This document shows, piece after piece, positions 1 through 9,800 of a stretch of 64,000 nt of DNA. Source of the DNA: Paramoeba atlantica (lineage: Eukaryota; Protista; Discosea); contig CDRNVI010000003.1 in assembly GCA_977017575.1 (NCBI GenBank), forward strand, positions 310,001 through 374,000, in the 5' to 3' direction. The notes under the pieces are model-generated. The model saw only the letters and a program-made list of their open reading frames with translations. It searched no databases and was not told the DNA's origin. The stretch's first letter is position 1, and every line of letters starts with the position of its first letter. A program made the translations under genes and the position numbers.

Positions 1-294
1 TGTGTGTGTCTCTCCGTTCGCATCTGGACGATCCCCGAGTTGAACTTTCTTTGAGAGGTACCACCACCAAAATATCCCAAACGCAAACCCAACAAGTGAG
101 GTTAGTACGATAAAGGAACATGCACCAGCGGCACCCATGGCACTGTGTGCAATATAACTAGGGTTGCTGGGCAACGTATCCATCTCTACAGGAACGGTTT
201 GATTGGCTTCCTCCGCACAGCTTACTAGAAAGGATAATTGGTAGAAGCAAGCTATCACAGCGTAGGGCGTGAGAACAAGAGATCTATGTAACAT
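1..294 (-). CDS. Partial ORF running off the left edge; putative signal peptide plus one TM helix
   Basis: My translation from ATG at 294: MLHRSLVLTPYAVIACFYQLSFLVSCAEE...FIVLTSLVGFAFGIFWWWYLSKK..., open to position 1; same strand as all host genes. Confidence 0.45.
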   Translation of the reverse strand, partial: MLHRSLVLTPYAVIACFYQLSFLVSCAEEANQTVPVEMDTLPSNPSYIAHSAMGAAGACSFIVLTSLVGFAFGIFWWWYLSKKVQLGDRPDANGETHT

Positions 295-431
295 GCTAAT
301 ATTAAAGTTAAAAAAAGTGTTTAAATTTGCATATGAAAAGGTTGCAATCGTCAGAAAAGCGTTACAATTCCTTATGGTACTTATAAGTTCGAATCATGGT
401 AGAATACACCTGTCGAAAAGACAGCAAGATA

Positions 432-2660
432 CTAGCGATCAGCATCCTCCCGAACTTCTATGCAGTCAGTACATCGAATGTCAAACTCTCGCATAAGGTC
501 TTCTACTTGCTTGTCCTCTAAGGTAGTCTTGTTTTCTTTTCTACATGATGTGCCAGCACATTCGTCGGAAGACAATGAAAGATGAGACCTTCCCACTGCC
601 ACATGATTCAAACTTTTATGTGTGCCAATTCTCAAAGATAGCTCAAAATGTAATTTCCGCAGAGAGTCAACAAGCGCACAATTTTCATTTAATAGAAAAT
701 ATAATTTCTGCACAAGACACTCTTGCATGAGCTGAGAAAGCGCAGAACTTTTACCAATGGTGCTCAGTTCACCAATCCTATTTTCGAGTTCCTTTCTTTC
801 TTTCTGTTGAAGTAGAAGACTTTCTTTCATAAATTTATTCTGAGTTTCCAGTTGCCATTCCTGATTACTCGTAGAACACGCAAGTTGAAAGACGTTATTC
901 TCGAATTCGACAGGGGTGCTTCGGGTAATTTTTTCTAACTCAACATATTCCTCATAGGGAAACTCATACAGTGCTCGGATATAATCTACATCTGTCCCGC
1001 ATGATATGCTGCACTCATTTTTTCGGTGGATTGTGATCGGACATGGATATTGGGTGTTTAAAGTGATGTCCAGATTTTTCGAATTCGCGGTGAGAGTTTT
1101 GCTCATTACTTTCAAGTCGTGATCACGAGTCATGAGCAGTGCACGCAGATTTTCGCATTCGTTAGGTGATGTGCAGATCTCAACGTCTCTCGTTTCGCGC
1201 TCGTAAGGAGGTGTTTGCATGAGTTCTTGAAACACTCGGCAAAGTGGTTTTATTCGCGGTGTGATGGACGCAATTTCGCTTGGAAAATGTGTTTCTAATT
1301 GATGTGTACCAGAATGTTCGTATTGAGTCTGAGTAGACCGAGTTTCGTTTTTAGACGGTAGACGATTGCTCTGTACTTCAATTTCTAATTCTGCGCATCG
1401 CTTAGTCATACTATTTACCTTTTGCTCGAGAGAAGTCTTCATATTATTGAATTCATCACGTTCCTCGTCGAAAGTGGCAACTACCTCATAAAAGGCTTCG
1501 CGTTCAATTTTTAAGCTCAGATGGGAGCGATCACCTTCCGAAATTGCTGTAACTGACAAGTCAGGGGTTAAGGAATTAGTTTTCTCCACCAATGTGTCAG
1601 AAATAAGATCACTTCTAGGAGTTGAAATGGTGGTAATCTTCTCCTTTTCGGAAATATCTAAGTCGCATTTTCGTGATCTTTCTAAAGCAAAGCCAATACT
1701 CAATTGATGGTGTTCCGTAGAATTTTCTTTCTCATTTTTTTGCGTGTTACTGTTTTCAAGAGGCGAATTCTCTGACGTTTCTTGTAGGGCGTCAGTTCTT
1801 GTGGATAAAAAATTCTCCGAGGAACTTAGCTGATCGGCTATGTCAGAAATGGATGTAGACTTGGGAAAATTGATGTCTTCAGTGGATTTTGGTTGCGGTA
1901 GTTGCGGAGTCGTCATGCCGCGTGACATAGTATCGAGCTCGAAAAAAGTGTCAATGGCCATATGGGGTTGAGAACTAGCCAACGGAAGGTCAGAATTAGC
2001 CCCCATATCATTTACACCTCTGCCTACGTGAATCAAAAGGGGAGTATCTGACTCTTCTAGACTTCTTGTAAAAGAACATGAAGCACTCGGTGCATCTTGC
2101 CTTCGTGGTGAGGATTCCGAACGAGATATAGGCCATCGTTCAGTGCTGTCCTCTACGGATGAATCACTAGATGGGTGTTCATCCCCATGAGTCTTGGGCC
2201 CCAAACTCTCGACTTCCCGTGTTACACCATCACTAAGGTTTATGAAAACAGAAGTTTGCGTTTCATTTCTAATTTCGCCACATGCCGCAGTTGGATGGTA
2301 AGATTCTGCAGATGGTAATAAAGGATTCTTCCTTTCCTTCGCGTTTTCGTATTCAATCTGACGTTTCGTAATCTCGACACGCGCAAAACAGAACTCACAT
2401 AAAGAGACTGGTGTTGTAATTACATGGGGCTGAGGTAAGGTAGTGTTCTGATCGATGCATCCGGTGCAGCATACTCTACCGCAAAGCGGACAGTTAAATC
2501 GAGAAGAAAAATATCCAAATTCAGAGTGACACACATCGCAATCGGTTGCATCCCGCTTGCTTTTCCATTGCTCGGGGGGAAGCAAGGGGAACGCGGAATT
2601 GGAAGTGTCAATGCTCAATGTCGTAGGCGTTTCCATGGTGCAAAAATATTGTGGCCTCAA
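432..2660 (-). CDS. FYVE-like zinc finger protein with C-terminal coiled coil
   Basis: 742-aa ORF; W...CDVCHSEFGYFSSRFNCPLCGRVCCTGC...LCEFC gives 8 FYVE-spaced Cys; the R(R/K)HHCR motif is degenerate. Confidence 0.75.
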   Translation of the reverse strand: MRPQYFCTMETPTTLSIDTSNSAFPLLPPEQWKSKRDATDCDVCHSEFGYFSSRFNCPLCGRVCCTGCIDQNTTLPQPHVITTPVSLCEFCFARVEITKRQIEYENAKERKNPLLPSAESYHPTAACGEIRNETQTSVFINLSDGVTREVESLGPKTHGDEHPSSDSSVEDSTERWPISRSESSPRRQDAPSASCSFTRSLEESDTPLLIHVGRGVNDMGANSDLPLASSQPHMAIDTFFELDTMSRGMTTPQLPQPKSTEDINFPKSTSISDIADQLSSSENFLSTRTDALQETSENSPLENSNTQKNEKENSTEHHQLSIGFALERSRKCDLDISEKEKITTISTPRSDLISDTLVEKTNSLTPDLSVTAISEGDRSHLSLKIEREAFYEVVATFDEERDEFNNMKTSLEQKVNSMTKRCAELEIEVQSNRLPSKNETRSTQTQYEHSGTHQLETHFPSEIASITPRIKPLCRVFQELMQTPPYERETRDVEICTSPNECENLRALLMTRDHDLKVMSKTLTANSKNLDITLNTQYPCPITIHRKNECSISCGTDVDYIRALYEFPYEEYVELEKITRSTPVEFENNVFQLACSTSNQEWQLETQNKFMKESLLLQQKERKELENRIGELSTIGKSSALSQLMQECLVQKLYFLLNENCALVDSLRKLHFELSLRIGTHKSLNHVAVGRSHLSLSSDECAGTSCRKENKTTLEDKQVEDLMREFDIRCTDCIEVREDADR

Positions 2661-2969
2661 ATTAGACGAAACAGCATGTAAATCGAAATACGCAATCTTT
2701 TTTATTGTGCATCACTTTATTGTGCATTTTCTTTCCGTGCCAAAGTTTTAAATTTATCTAATTTAGAGTAACGAAGGACGAATGTCTCCCTATATAGTGT
2801 TCTGAAAAAAGGATTCTTATTTCAGAGATCCTATTTTTATTATTTCAGAAATCCTGTTACAGAAATGGGGGTCATGTAGCCCGCTTTTCCTTCGTTGAAA
2901 ATTCAAGTAAGTTTGCGCTGCTCATTAGAGCAGTGTATTAAAATATTGGGGCTACGCGTTCGCAAAAAG

Positions 2970-3860
2970 TCAACCTCTGCGGTTGACGTGTCCGTACACC
3001 CAGTACGGTATTTTCTGCGAGAGGTAGTCATAGGTCACCATGTAGATCGCAATATTCGGGCACGCACGTAGCAAATTCAGAGTCCACCCGCGATAGAGCC
3101 CATGCACTACGCCCTCCGCTCGATAAATTTTAACTACGCCATCATAGATCCCGGCATAGGGAGGGACTTTCGCATCAGAGATCTGCACCCTGCGGCGGAG
3201 GATATCAGTCGGGTAACATACTGTTTGGGCAAGTGCCCCAGCGAACGCTCCCGAGAGGACTCGGGGGAGAAACGAAAGATCCCTCTCGTTCTGCAGACCA
3301 AGAAAGTTAACAAACCTTCCTTTAAGGCTATCATACGTGCCAAACTTTACCCCGTCGTGAACTGCAATGGCTTTTAACGTGATGGGAGCGCCGGCAAACA
3401 ATGACCGGTAGCCTTTTTCAGACACAATATGACGGCACATGTCTCGATAACCGTACGTGGGTGCTCGTGAGACAGCCATGCGACAACGCATCAGGTCCAT
3501 CGGGTAAGTCAGGGCTGTGGCAGTGACCCCGGCCAGCGAGCCCGCGAGAAAAGTGTTTGCATTGCGCAGGCTGTCAAAAGACGAAAGTAAAATTTTGTAC
3601 TGCTCCAAAGCCATGAACTTAAATCCCATATACGGAGCTATACGAAACAGTGCGACACCGATTCCTTTCCAATAGGCACCCACTCCTTCATTTCTGTATA
3701 TTGAAACTGTCAGAGAAATAATTCCTTGACTAGCGTGCTTCTTCTCCACCTGGTACAAAATCTTGACCCGTTCAATAGGTGCAACCACAAGCCTTGCAGC
3801 TACCGCGGCGGTTCCTCCTGATACAGCATCGCAAAAGGGATACGCATGAGATGAGGTCAT
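2970..3860 (-). CDS. Mitochondrial carrier family protein (resembles the CoA-carrier/SLC25A42-LEU5 group)
   Basis: 296 aa; three Px[DE]xx[KR] motifs: PIERVK, PMDLMR, PTDILR. Confidence 0.9.
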   Translation of the reverse strand: MTSSHAYPFCDAVSGGTAAVAARLVVAPIERVKILYQVEKKHASQGIISLTVSIYRNEGVGAYWKGIGVALFRIAPYMGFKFMALEQYKILLSSFDSLRNANTFLAGSLAGVTATALTYPMDLMRCRMAVSRAPTYGYRDMCRHIVSEKGYRSLFAGAPITLKAIAVHDGVKFGTYDSLKGRFVNFLGLQNERDLSFLPRVLSGAFAGALAQTVCYPTDILRRRVQISDAKVPPYAGIYDGVVKIYRAEGVVHGLYRGWTLNLLRACPNIAIYMVTYDYLSQKIPYWVYGHVNRRG

Positions 3861-4028
3861 AATAAACGTTTCAGTTCAGAGTAAAATAATTAGTAATAAA
3901 ATACAATAGTAATTTATACAATAACAATTTTATATCAATCCATTCGCGCCTCAAAGCCCCCTGATTAGTAAAGATTTTCAAGAGAGAACCGAACTACAAT
4001 TTACGTGTATACAACCTATCACCATGTA

Positions 4029-5355
4029 AACCCCTCGACACAATAAAGCACCCCCCTCTAAAATTTGTATGGTAAGTCCGTTTGAGCTAATTCTTGTGGC
4101 ATTTTGCAGATCTCAGTGAATAGACTTTGCGCACCTTGTAAAATTGTCCTGGGGTGAATAAGGTAAAATATAAGTAGACGATTACCACTTTTTCACTTTT
4201 TCTCCCTTGCGCTTTACGCAGGCTTCTAGTCGACGATCGAAGCTTAAAACAGTTTTATTTACTTGCCTTCGGGAGATTTCTTCAAATGCTTTTTTTACAC
4301 ACCTAATAAGCGAAGTAGTACTGGAGGGGTTCATTCCACATACTCGTTGCTGTATCATTTCCCATACATTTTCTATAGGATTGAGGTCAGGTGAGTTGGC
4401 AGGCCAATTTTTGATATACTGAATTTCTGATACAAAAAGATAAGACTTTGTCATTTCTGCAGTGTGTGCGCCTGCTCCATCTTGTTGAAAAATAAAATTA
4501 CGGGGGAAAGGAGTCTTACGCAGGGTTTTAATATACTTTCCGCTCGTAATTGAGCTGTCATTGGGAAGAATAGCTAGATAACGCCACCCAACTCCAATGG
4601 CACCCCACACATGGTATTTTGGGGCCCAACGCATTTTCTGCCTTGAAGCAGCCTTTTCGCCCGGGGCAACCCACATTTTCTTACGCATGTCATTAGTATC
4701 AAAGATTTTTTCATCAGAAAATACAAGTATGCGTGAATCCCCATTCCATGCTAAGGCAAACTCAACCCTTTTAGCCTTCTGACGTTCGGTCAACGCCATA
4801 GTAACATGGCGTGGGGAATAAGTATATTTCATTGCTTTTAAGTCACGTTGAACAGTGCGTTTTGTGACATGTACCCCCTTTTTACTCAATCTCCCCGCCA
4901 TGCATCTAGCGCTGCTGTGTTTCGGCACTCCAGCAAGGTCTTTTGGTGAAATAATGGTTACTATTTTTTTCTGCGACGTAAAATAATTTTTTTCGGTGTA
5001 AATATTTTGGTTTTATTGGTTTCTTTTGCTTTCAGATATTGCCTCACATATTTTACTGAAATATTAAATTATCGTGCAAGTTGCTTCTTTGGGACACCGT
5101 CTTCGAACCTCAGGCGCAATAATGTCTTACCTATAGGGGTCATCCCCCCCTTTGGGGGACGGTACTTGGATTTTACCATGAAAGTTTAGAAAAAAAAATA
5201 TTTCTGGAACTCATTTTTTTAAAAGTTTTAAATGAAGCTAAAAACCCCGGGAACGTGCAGATCTCAAAATTGTGGACGATAAAGTGGTGCTGCAACCCCC
5301 ATGGGTCCCCGCACGCAAAAAATAAAGGGGGGTGCTTTATTCGTGTCGAGGGGTT
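4029..5355 (-). mobile_element. Tc1/mariner-superfamily DNA transposon, 1327 bp, with TIRs and TA target duplication
   Basis: Left TIR 4029-4057 AACCCCTCGACACAATAAAGCACCCCCCT; right TIR 5326-5355 is its reverse complement with one extra base; TA at 4027-28 and 5356-57; transposase inside. Confidence 0.9.
4182..4928 (-). pseudogene. Tc1-like DDE transposase; N-terminus apparently frameshifted
   Basis: VFSDEKIF, FQQDGAGAH, NSPDLNPIENVW motifs; no ATG at ORF start; the frame extends upstream to a stop, and a basic N-terminal segment lies in another frame across an A7 run near 4964-4970. Confidence 0.85.
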
Positions 5356-5491
5356 TATATACTGGGGGAGTATACGGTAGTTTTCAACATAAAGGCTCTG
5401 AACCTTGCCGGCAATCTTAGAGTACATTATCACACTAAACAAATCATAAAAGAAACTGGATTAGCACACTAAAAAATTATAAAAGAAACTG

Positions 5492-6109
5492 CTACATTAG
5501 TAGACAAGCTGTATCCGTATCGGCTTTTCGACTCACCTGCTTAATCATTGTTTCCTCAGAGAAAAATTGAAAGTCAGGTAGCACAGCTGACATGTCAACT
5601 TCGCCTTCTAAATTCGGATTGTGGCTCAGGCAAAGATTTTTTAGTTGTGAAGGGAGGTGGTTCAATTCTATATGCCCATCAAAGTTATTGAAAGCAAGCG
5701 TAAGGCTCTGCATTGTATCTGGTAAAGCGCGAAAGTTCAAATTTCCGAAAAATTTATTATTACATACATCAAGAACCCTCATGTTGCGTGGTAATTCTTC
5801 CACGACAAGCAGTCCAGTTAGGTCATTCGTTGGAAGATACAATTTTTTAAGACCTCTGGGTAGGCATCTCCAATGGAGAGTCCCTTGTAGTCCTAGGTCA
5901 AACCAGTTGATTACCGTGACTTCCCGATCAACATTACATTTTACGGCATACCAAGCACACGCAGTGTTATTTGTATTCCAGGATGATTGGGGGTTTTTAA
6001 CATTCTGCAAAAAATGAGATAGCATGTATTCCTCTGGAAGTGCGGATGAAGCTCTTCCCAATCGACTCAAGGTTGAGTCCTCCCCCTGAAACAGCAAAAT
6101 ATTGAACAT
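5492..6109 (-). CDS. Short leucine-rich repeat protein (family member 1)
   Basis: W..V.C N-cap followed by LP..L..L.L..N.L.G repeats. Confidence 0.85.
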   Translation of the reverse strand: MFNILLFQGEDSTLSRLGRASSALPEEYMLSHFLQNVKNPQSSWNTNNTACAWYAVKCNVDREVTVINWFDLGLQGTLHWRCLPRGLKKLYLPTNDLTGLLVVEELPRNMRVLDVCNNKFFGNLNFRALPDTMQSLTLAFNNFDGHIELNHLPSQLKNLCLSHNPNLEGEVDMSAVLPDFQFFSEETMIKQVSRKADTDTACLLM

Positions 6110-6862
6110 CGCAAAAAAAGAAGAGAATCAGAGCGGGCTGAAACTTTACGCAAACTATGGAAATTTTAAAAAAGTCTATAGAGACATAATCACAGCAAAT
6201 ATTCGTTTTCTATCAGAAAACAACGTGCCCTTGATTATATTTCAGAGTAAATAATAATGTCACGCATAGTTCGTTTGTACGCTGTAGGCACAACAAGCGC
6301 ACGATATCGATCAAGGAATCAGAATTTACATAACAAACATAGCAATATTAATTTTTTAGAAGATTGCCAGTTCGAAGAAAAGCCAAGTTTATGGCACTCC
6401 CTCGAAGGTCTGTAATGTCGTTAATTATCTTATTCTTTCACAGTTAACGATATAAATGTCATTGAACAGAAAAAAATCACACATCTGCTATCCTCTTATA
6501 CATTGTTTTCAGATGTAGAATCGAAATCAACGTGAAAGCAAGAGAACTTACCGACAATATTTAAGCACAATATTAAAATATTTACTGATGTTTCTTGTAT
6601 GTAAAGCAGTATGGGGTAGCAAATCTTTCTCTAACATCCGTTCTGATACGTGATGTATTTATCGTACCGATCATGTAGAAATATAATTCTCCAGGAAACT
6701 ATTTTTTGCTTCTAAAATACTCTTTCAAGATGTATACATCAGATAAATATAACTGACGAATATTCTATAAGTTTCTTATATGATTACAGATAAATAAGAA
6801 TATAGAAAGTAGAGCAGTTTTTAATAGGTGCGTATCAAAAATCTAATAGCCGCTATCATATT

Positions 6863-9800
6863 CTATAAATCCGAGACACTATTACGAAGTAAATATGGTT
6901 TCCACCCGTCATTGTGATAACGCTCGATATGAGCGCCATCGCTTATTGTACATAAATCTCCGAAAATGCACTCCCTGCATGCTGACACCGTCTTCCGAGA
7001 TATTCTTTTTTCAGATGAAAATTCGTCGCGTGGCTGCGCTGCTGAAACGCTACTTCCAATTTGAGTCGTGTCACCACCTTGCGGTAAAATGGAATCTGTG
7101 CGAAGTTTCTTAATTTCATTGGCTTCTCTTATTGAAAGCGAAAGGCACGCTTGAGGTGGATTAGATTCGACGGTAGGAATGCTTTCACTCTGTGTAAAAT
7201 CTCGCTTCTCTTTATTTATGACGGACACAAACTCATGAAAACCAAATGAGGCCAAGGTCTCTTTCTTGATAGGCGACACCTTTTTCGGAGGCTTAATGGT
7301 GAGCCGACCCAATGCTTTGACGCTGCCATCGAATTCCACTCGATCATTAACATTGTTTTCCACAACCTCTTGGCTGCCTTTCTTCTCTAGTATTTTCTTT
7401 TTGAGAACAACTTTGGTTCTCTCATCTGTTGCTTTTTGCGTAGTTCTCCCCTCTGGTGTCACTGCTTCATTGTTTTGTAAGTTAACAGACAGAAACTTTT
7501 CAACAGCTCCTCGAACATCAAGATCTGCTTTGTAAGCCGTAGCGTCAAATTCTACTCGATCGTTAACACGGTTTTCCACAACCCCCTGACTTCCAGATTG
7601 AGGGCGCCCTAGTATTTTCAGTTTGGAAACAAATTCGGTTCCCGACTCAGTTAATTTTCGTGTAGTTTTCCCCTCTGGTGTCACTGCTTCATTGTTTTTT
7701 AAGTTAACAGAAAGAAGCTTTTCAACAGCTCCTCGAACATCAAGATCTGCTTTGTAAGTCGCAGTATCGAGTTCCACTCGATTCTTGACACGGTTTTCCG
7801 CAATCGCTCGACTTCCAGAAGGAGGGCGTTCTAGTATTTTCTTTTTAGAAACATTTTCAGCTCCTGAATCTGTTGACTTTTGTTTAATTTTCTCGTCTTG
7901 TGTCACAGCTTCAGTGTTTTGTAAGTTAACAGAAAGAAACTTTTCAACGGCTCCTCGAACATCAAAATCTGCTTTGTAAGTCGCATTATCACTTTTTATG
8001 ACTTTCGCACCTTTCTCATTCTGTTGGATATCGTTTTCAGTATCCATCCATAAGGTTTGTAGCTTTTCTTTGAGTTGTACAGTATCTTCCGGACTGCTTT
8101 TCGAAGTTCCATATCTGGTCACAACCAACAGCGCGCTCTGCCGCAATATTACCGCACGATTGCTCTCGAGCCTTCCCTCCGCTGAGACACAGCCTGGGTG
8201 TTCCTCATCCATCACGACCTCTGCATGCTTGTGATCCCCCAGAAGACGTACGATCAAACCCCGGGATCCGAAAGGGACACTGCCATCTGTATCACAATAC
8301 ACCACACGCTCCAGTACCCCTCGTACCCGATGTTGTACTGGAATGTCTCCAACACGTATACCAGCTGTGCTTTCCGTGCGGGGAATTAAAAGGCAGGAGA
8401 GTTTTACATGCTTTACGTTGATTCGACGCACGTTCGGGAGCTCACGGCACTTGAAGTTGAAAGAGATTACTGCCTTTTCCACAGCTGCCAACACTTTGGC
8501 CGTTAGCAACTCATCACATGCAGGAACAAAGGCCTCCTCTCTGTAGGGCAAGGTATGAAGGAAGGAAGTTATTTTACCAAGAGCCTCAAAAATGTCAGTT
8601 CCAGCCCATTCACCACGCATCATATGTGCCGGATCAAAAGCAAAAATGTCGAATCGGCCATTGCACAGTGTATCAATCAGCGGCTTAAATCGAGTCCAGT
8701 ATTCAAAGAGAATCCTTATCCCTGCTTCTGTAAAATACCATTCGCCTTTCGCGCTGCTGGAGTCCGTTGATTCCGACAACGAATTAAAATTCTTTTGAGC
8801 GCTATCAAGCAATGCCCCATCATCAGCACTGGAAGAAACATACTTCGTATAGCCCGCTCTTGCCATCTTTTGTTTCGTATTTAACATTCCCAACCCGATT
8901 TCCATTTCTCCATGAAATTTGTTACAACTAATATTACCCATGACGGCTAACACGACTCGAATCGGAGCATGAAGTTTTGTGGATACGAGGCTCACTGAAA
9001 ACCACTGAACGTTCGGTGTGTGTTGCTCAAGCGTAGGAGTAAGCAAAGAGGAAAATGACTCTGTACAACGTGACTCGTAATCGCGAAGAACAAGGTCATA
9101 CGTGACACCCGAATCCACATCATTGCACTGCACGACACTGCCAACACAACCAAAAAGACTTTGAATCCCCGTGCTTCCTGAATGAGGAACAAAAATAACT
9201 TCGGACAAAGTAGAGACAACCTTTCCAAGGACCTTGTTAGGAATATCGTATTTCGGATTCGGACGACAGGGATATTGTTCGGCGTTAAAAACGAGTTGCA
9301 CTGGATATTTCTCCGTGTTCTCCGAAAACTCATACTCAAAGGTACGATTCTTTGTGTATTTCACTCCAACAACATGGCGGACGTAGACAAGTACCCGGAT
9401 CGATGCCAAATCAATTCCTTTCTTTGATATAAGCTTCCGGTAAATGTCTTCGACCTGCTCCTCAAAAAGATCCATATCCTCTTCGCTGTGCTCAGATTCC
9501 TGAATGTGCTTCAAAATACAACGTGAATTTAGTGTACCTAGTACAGAAATTTCAACGTCACAGACAGAAGTCACACGTGCTCGTTTGAGGTAGGGGAAAC
9601 CCACAAACACATCATGTCCAACTAAGATTTTAGAAACTTCACGCGCGCTGGTTGAGGCTTCGTATGGCACATTCAAAAACAAAGAAGGCTGTCGTGTGAC
9701 GTGCAAGAATACCTTCACAGCACTACTCCGAAGCTCTGTTGAAACCGTTTTCACCAAAGGAGAGAGAGTACCGAACCCTTCTGATGGGGTATCGAATACT

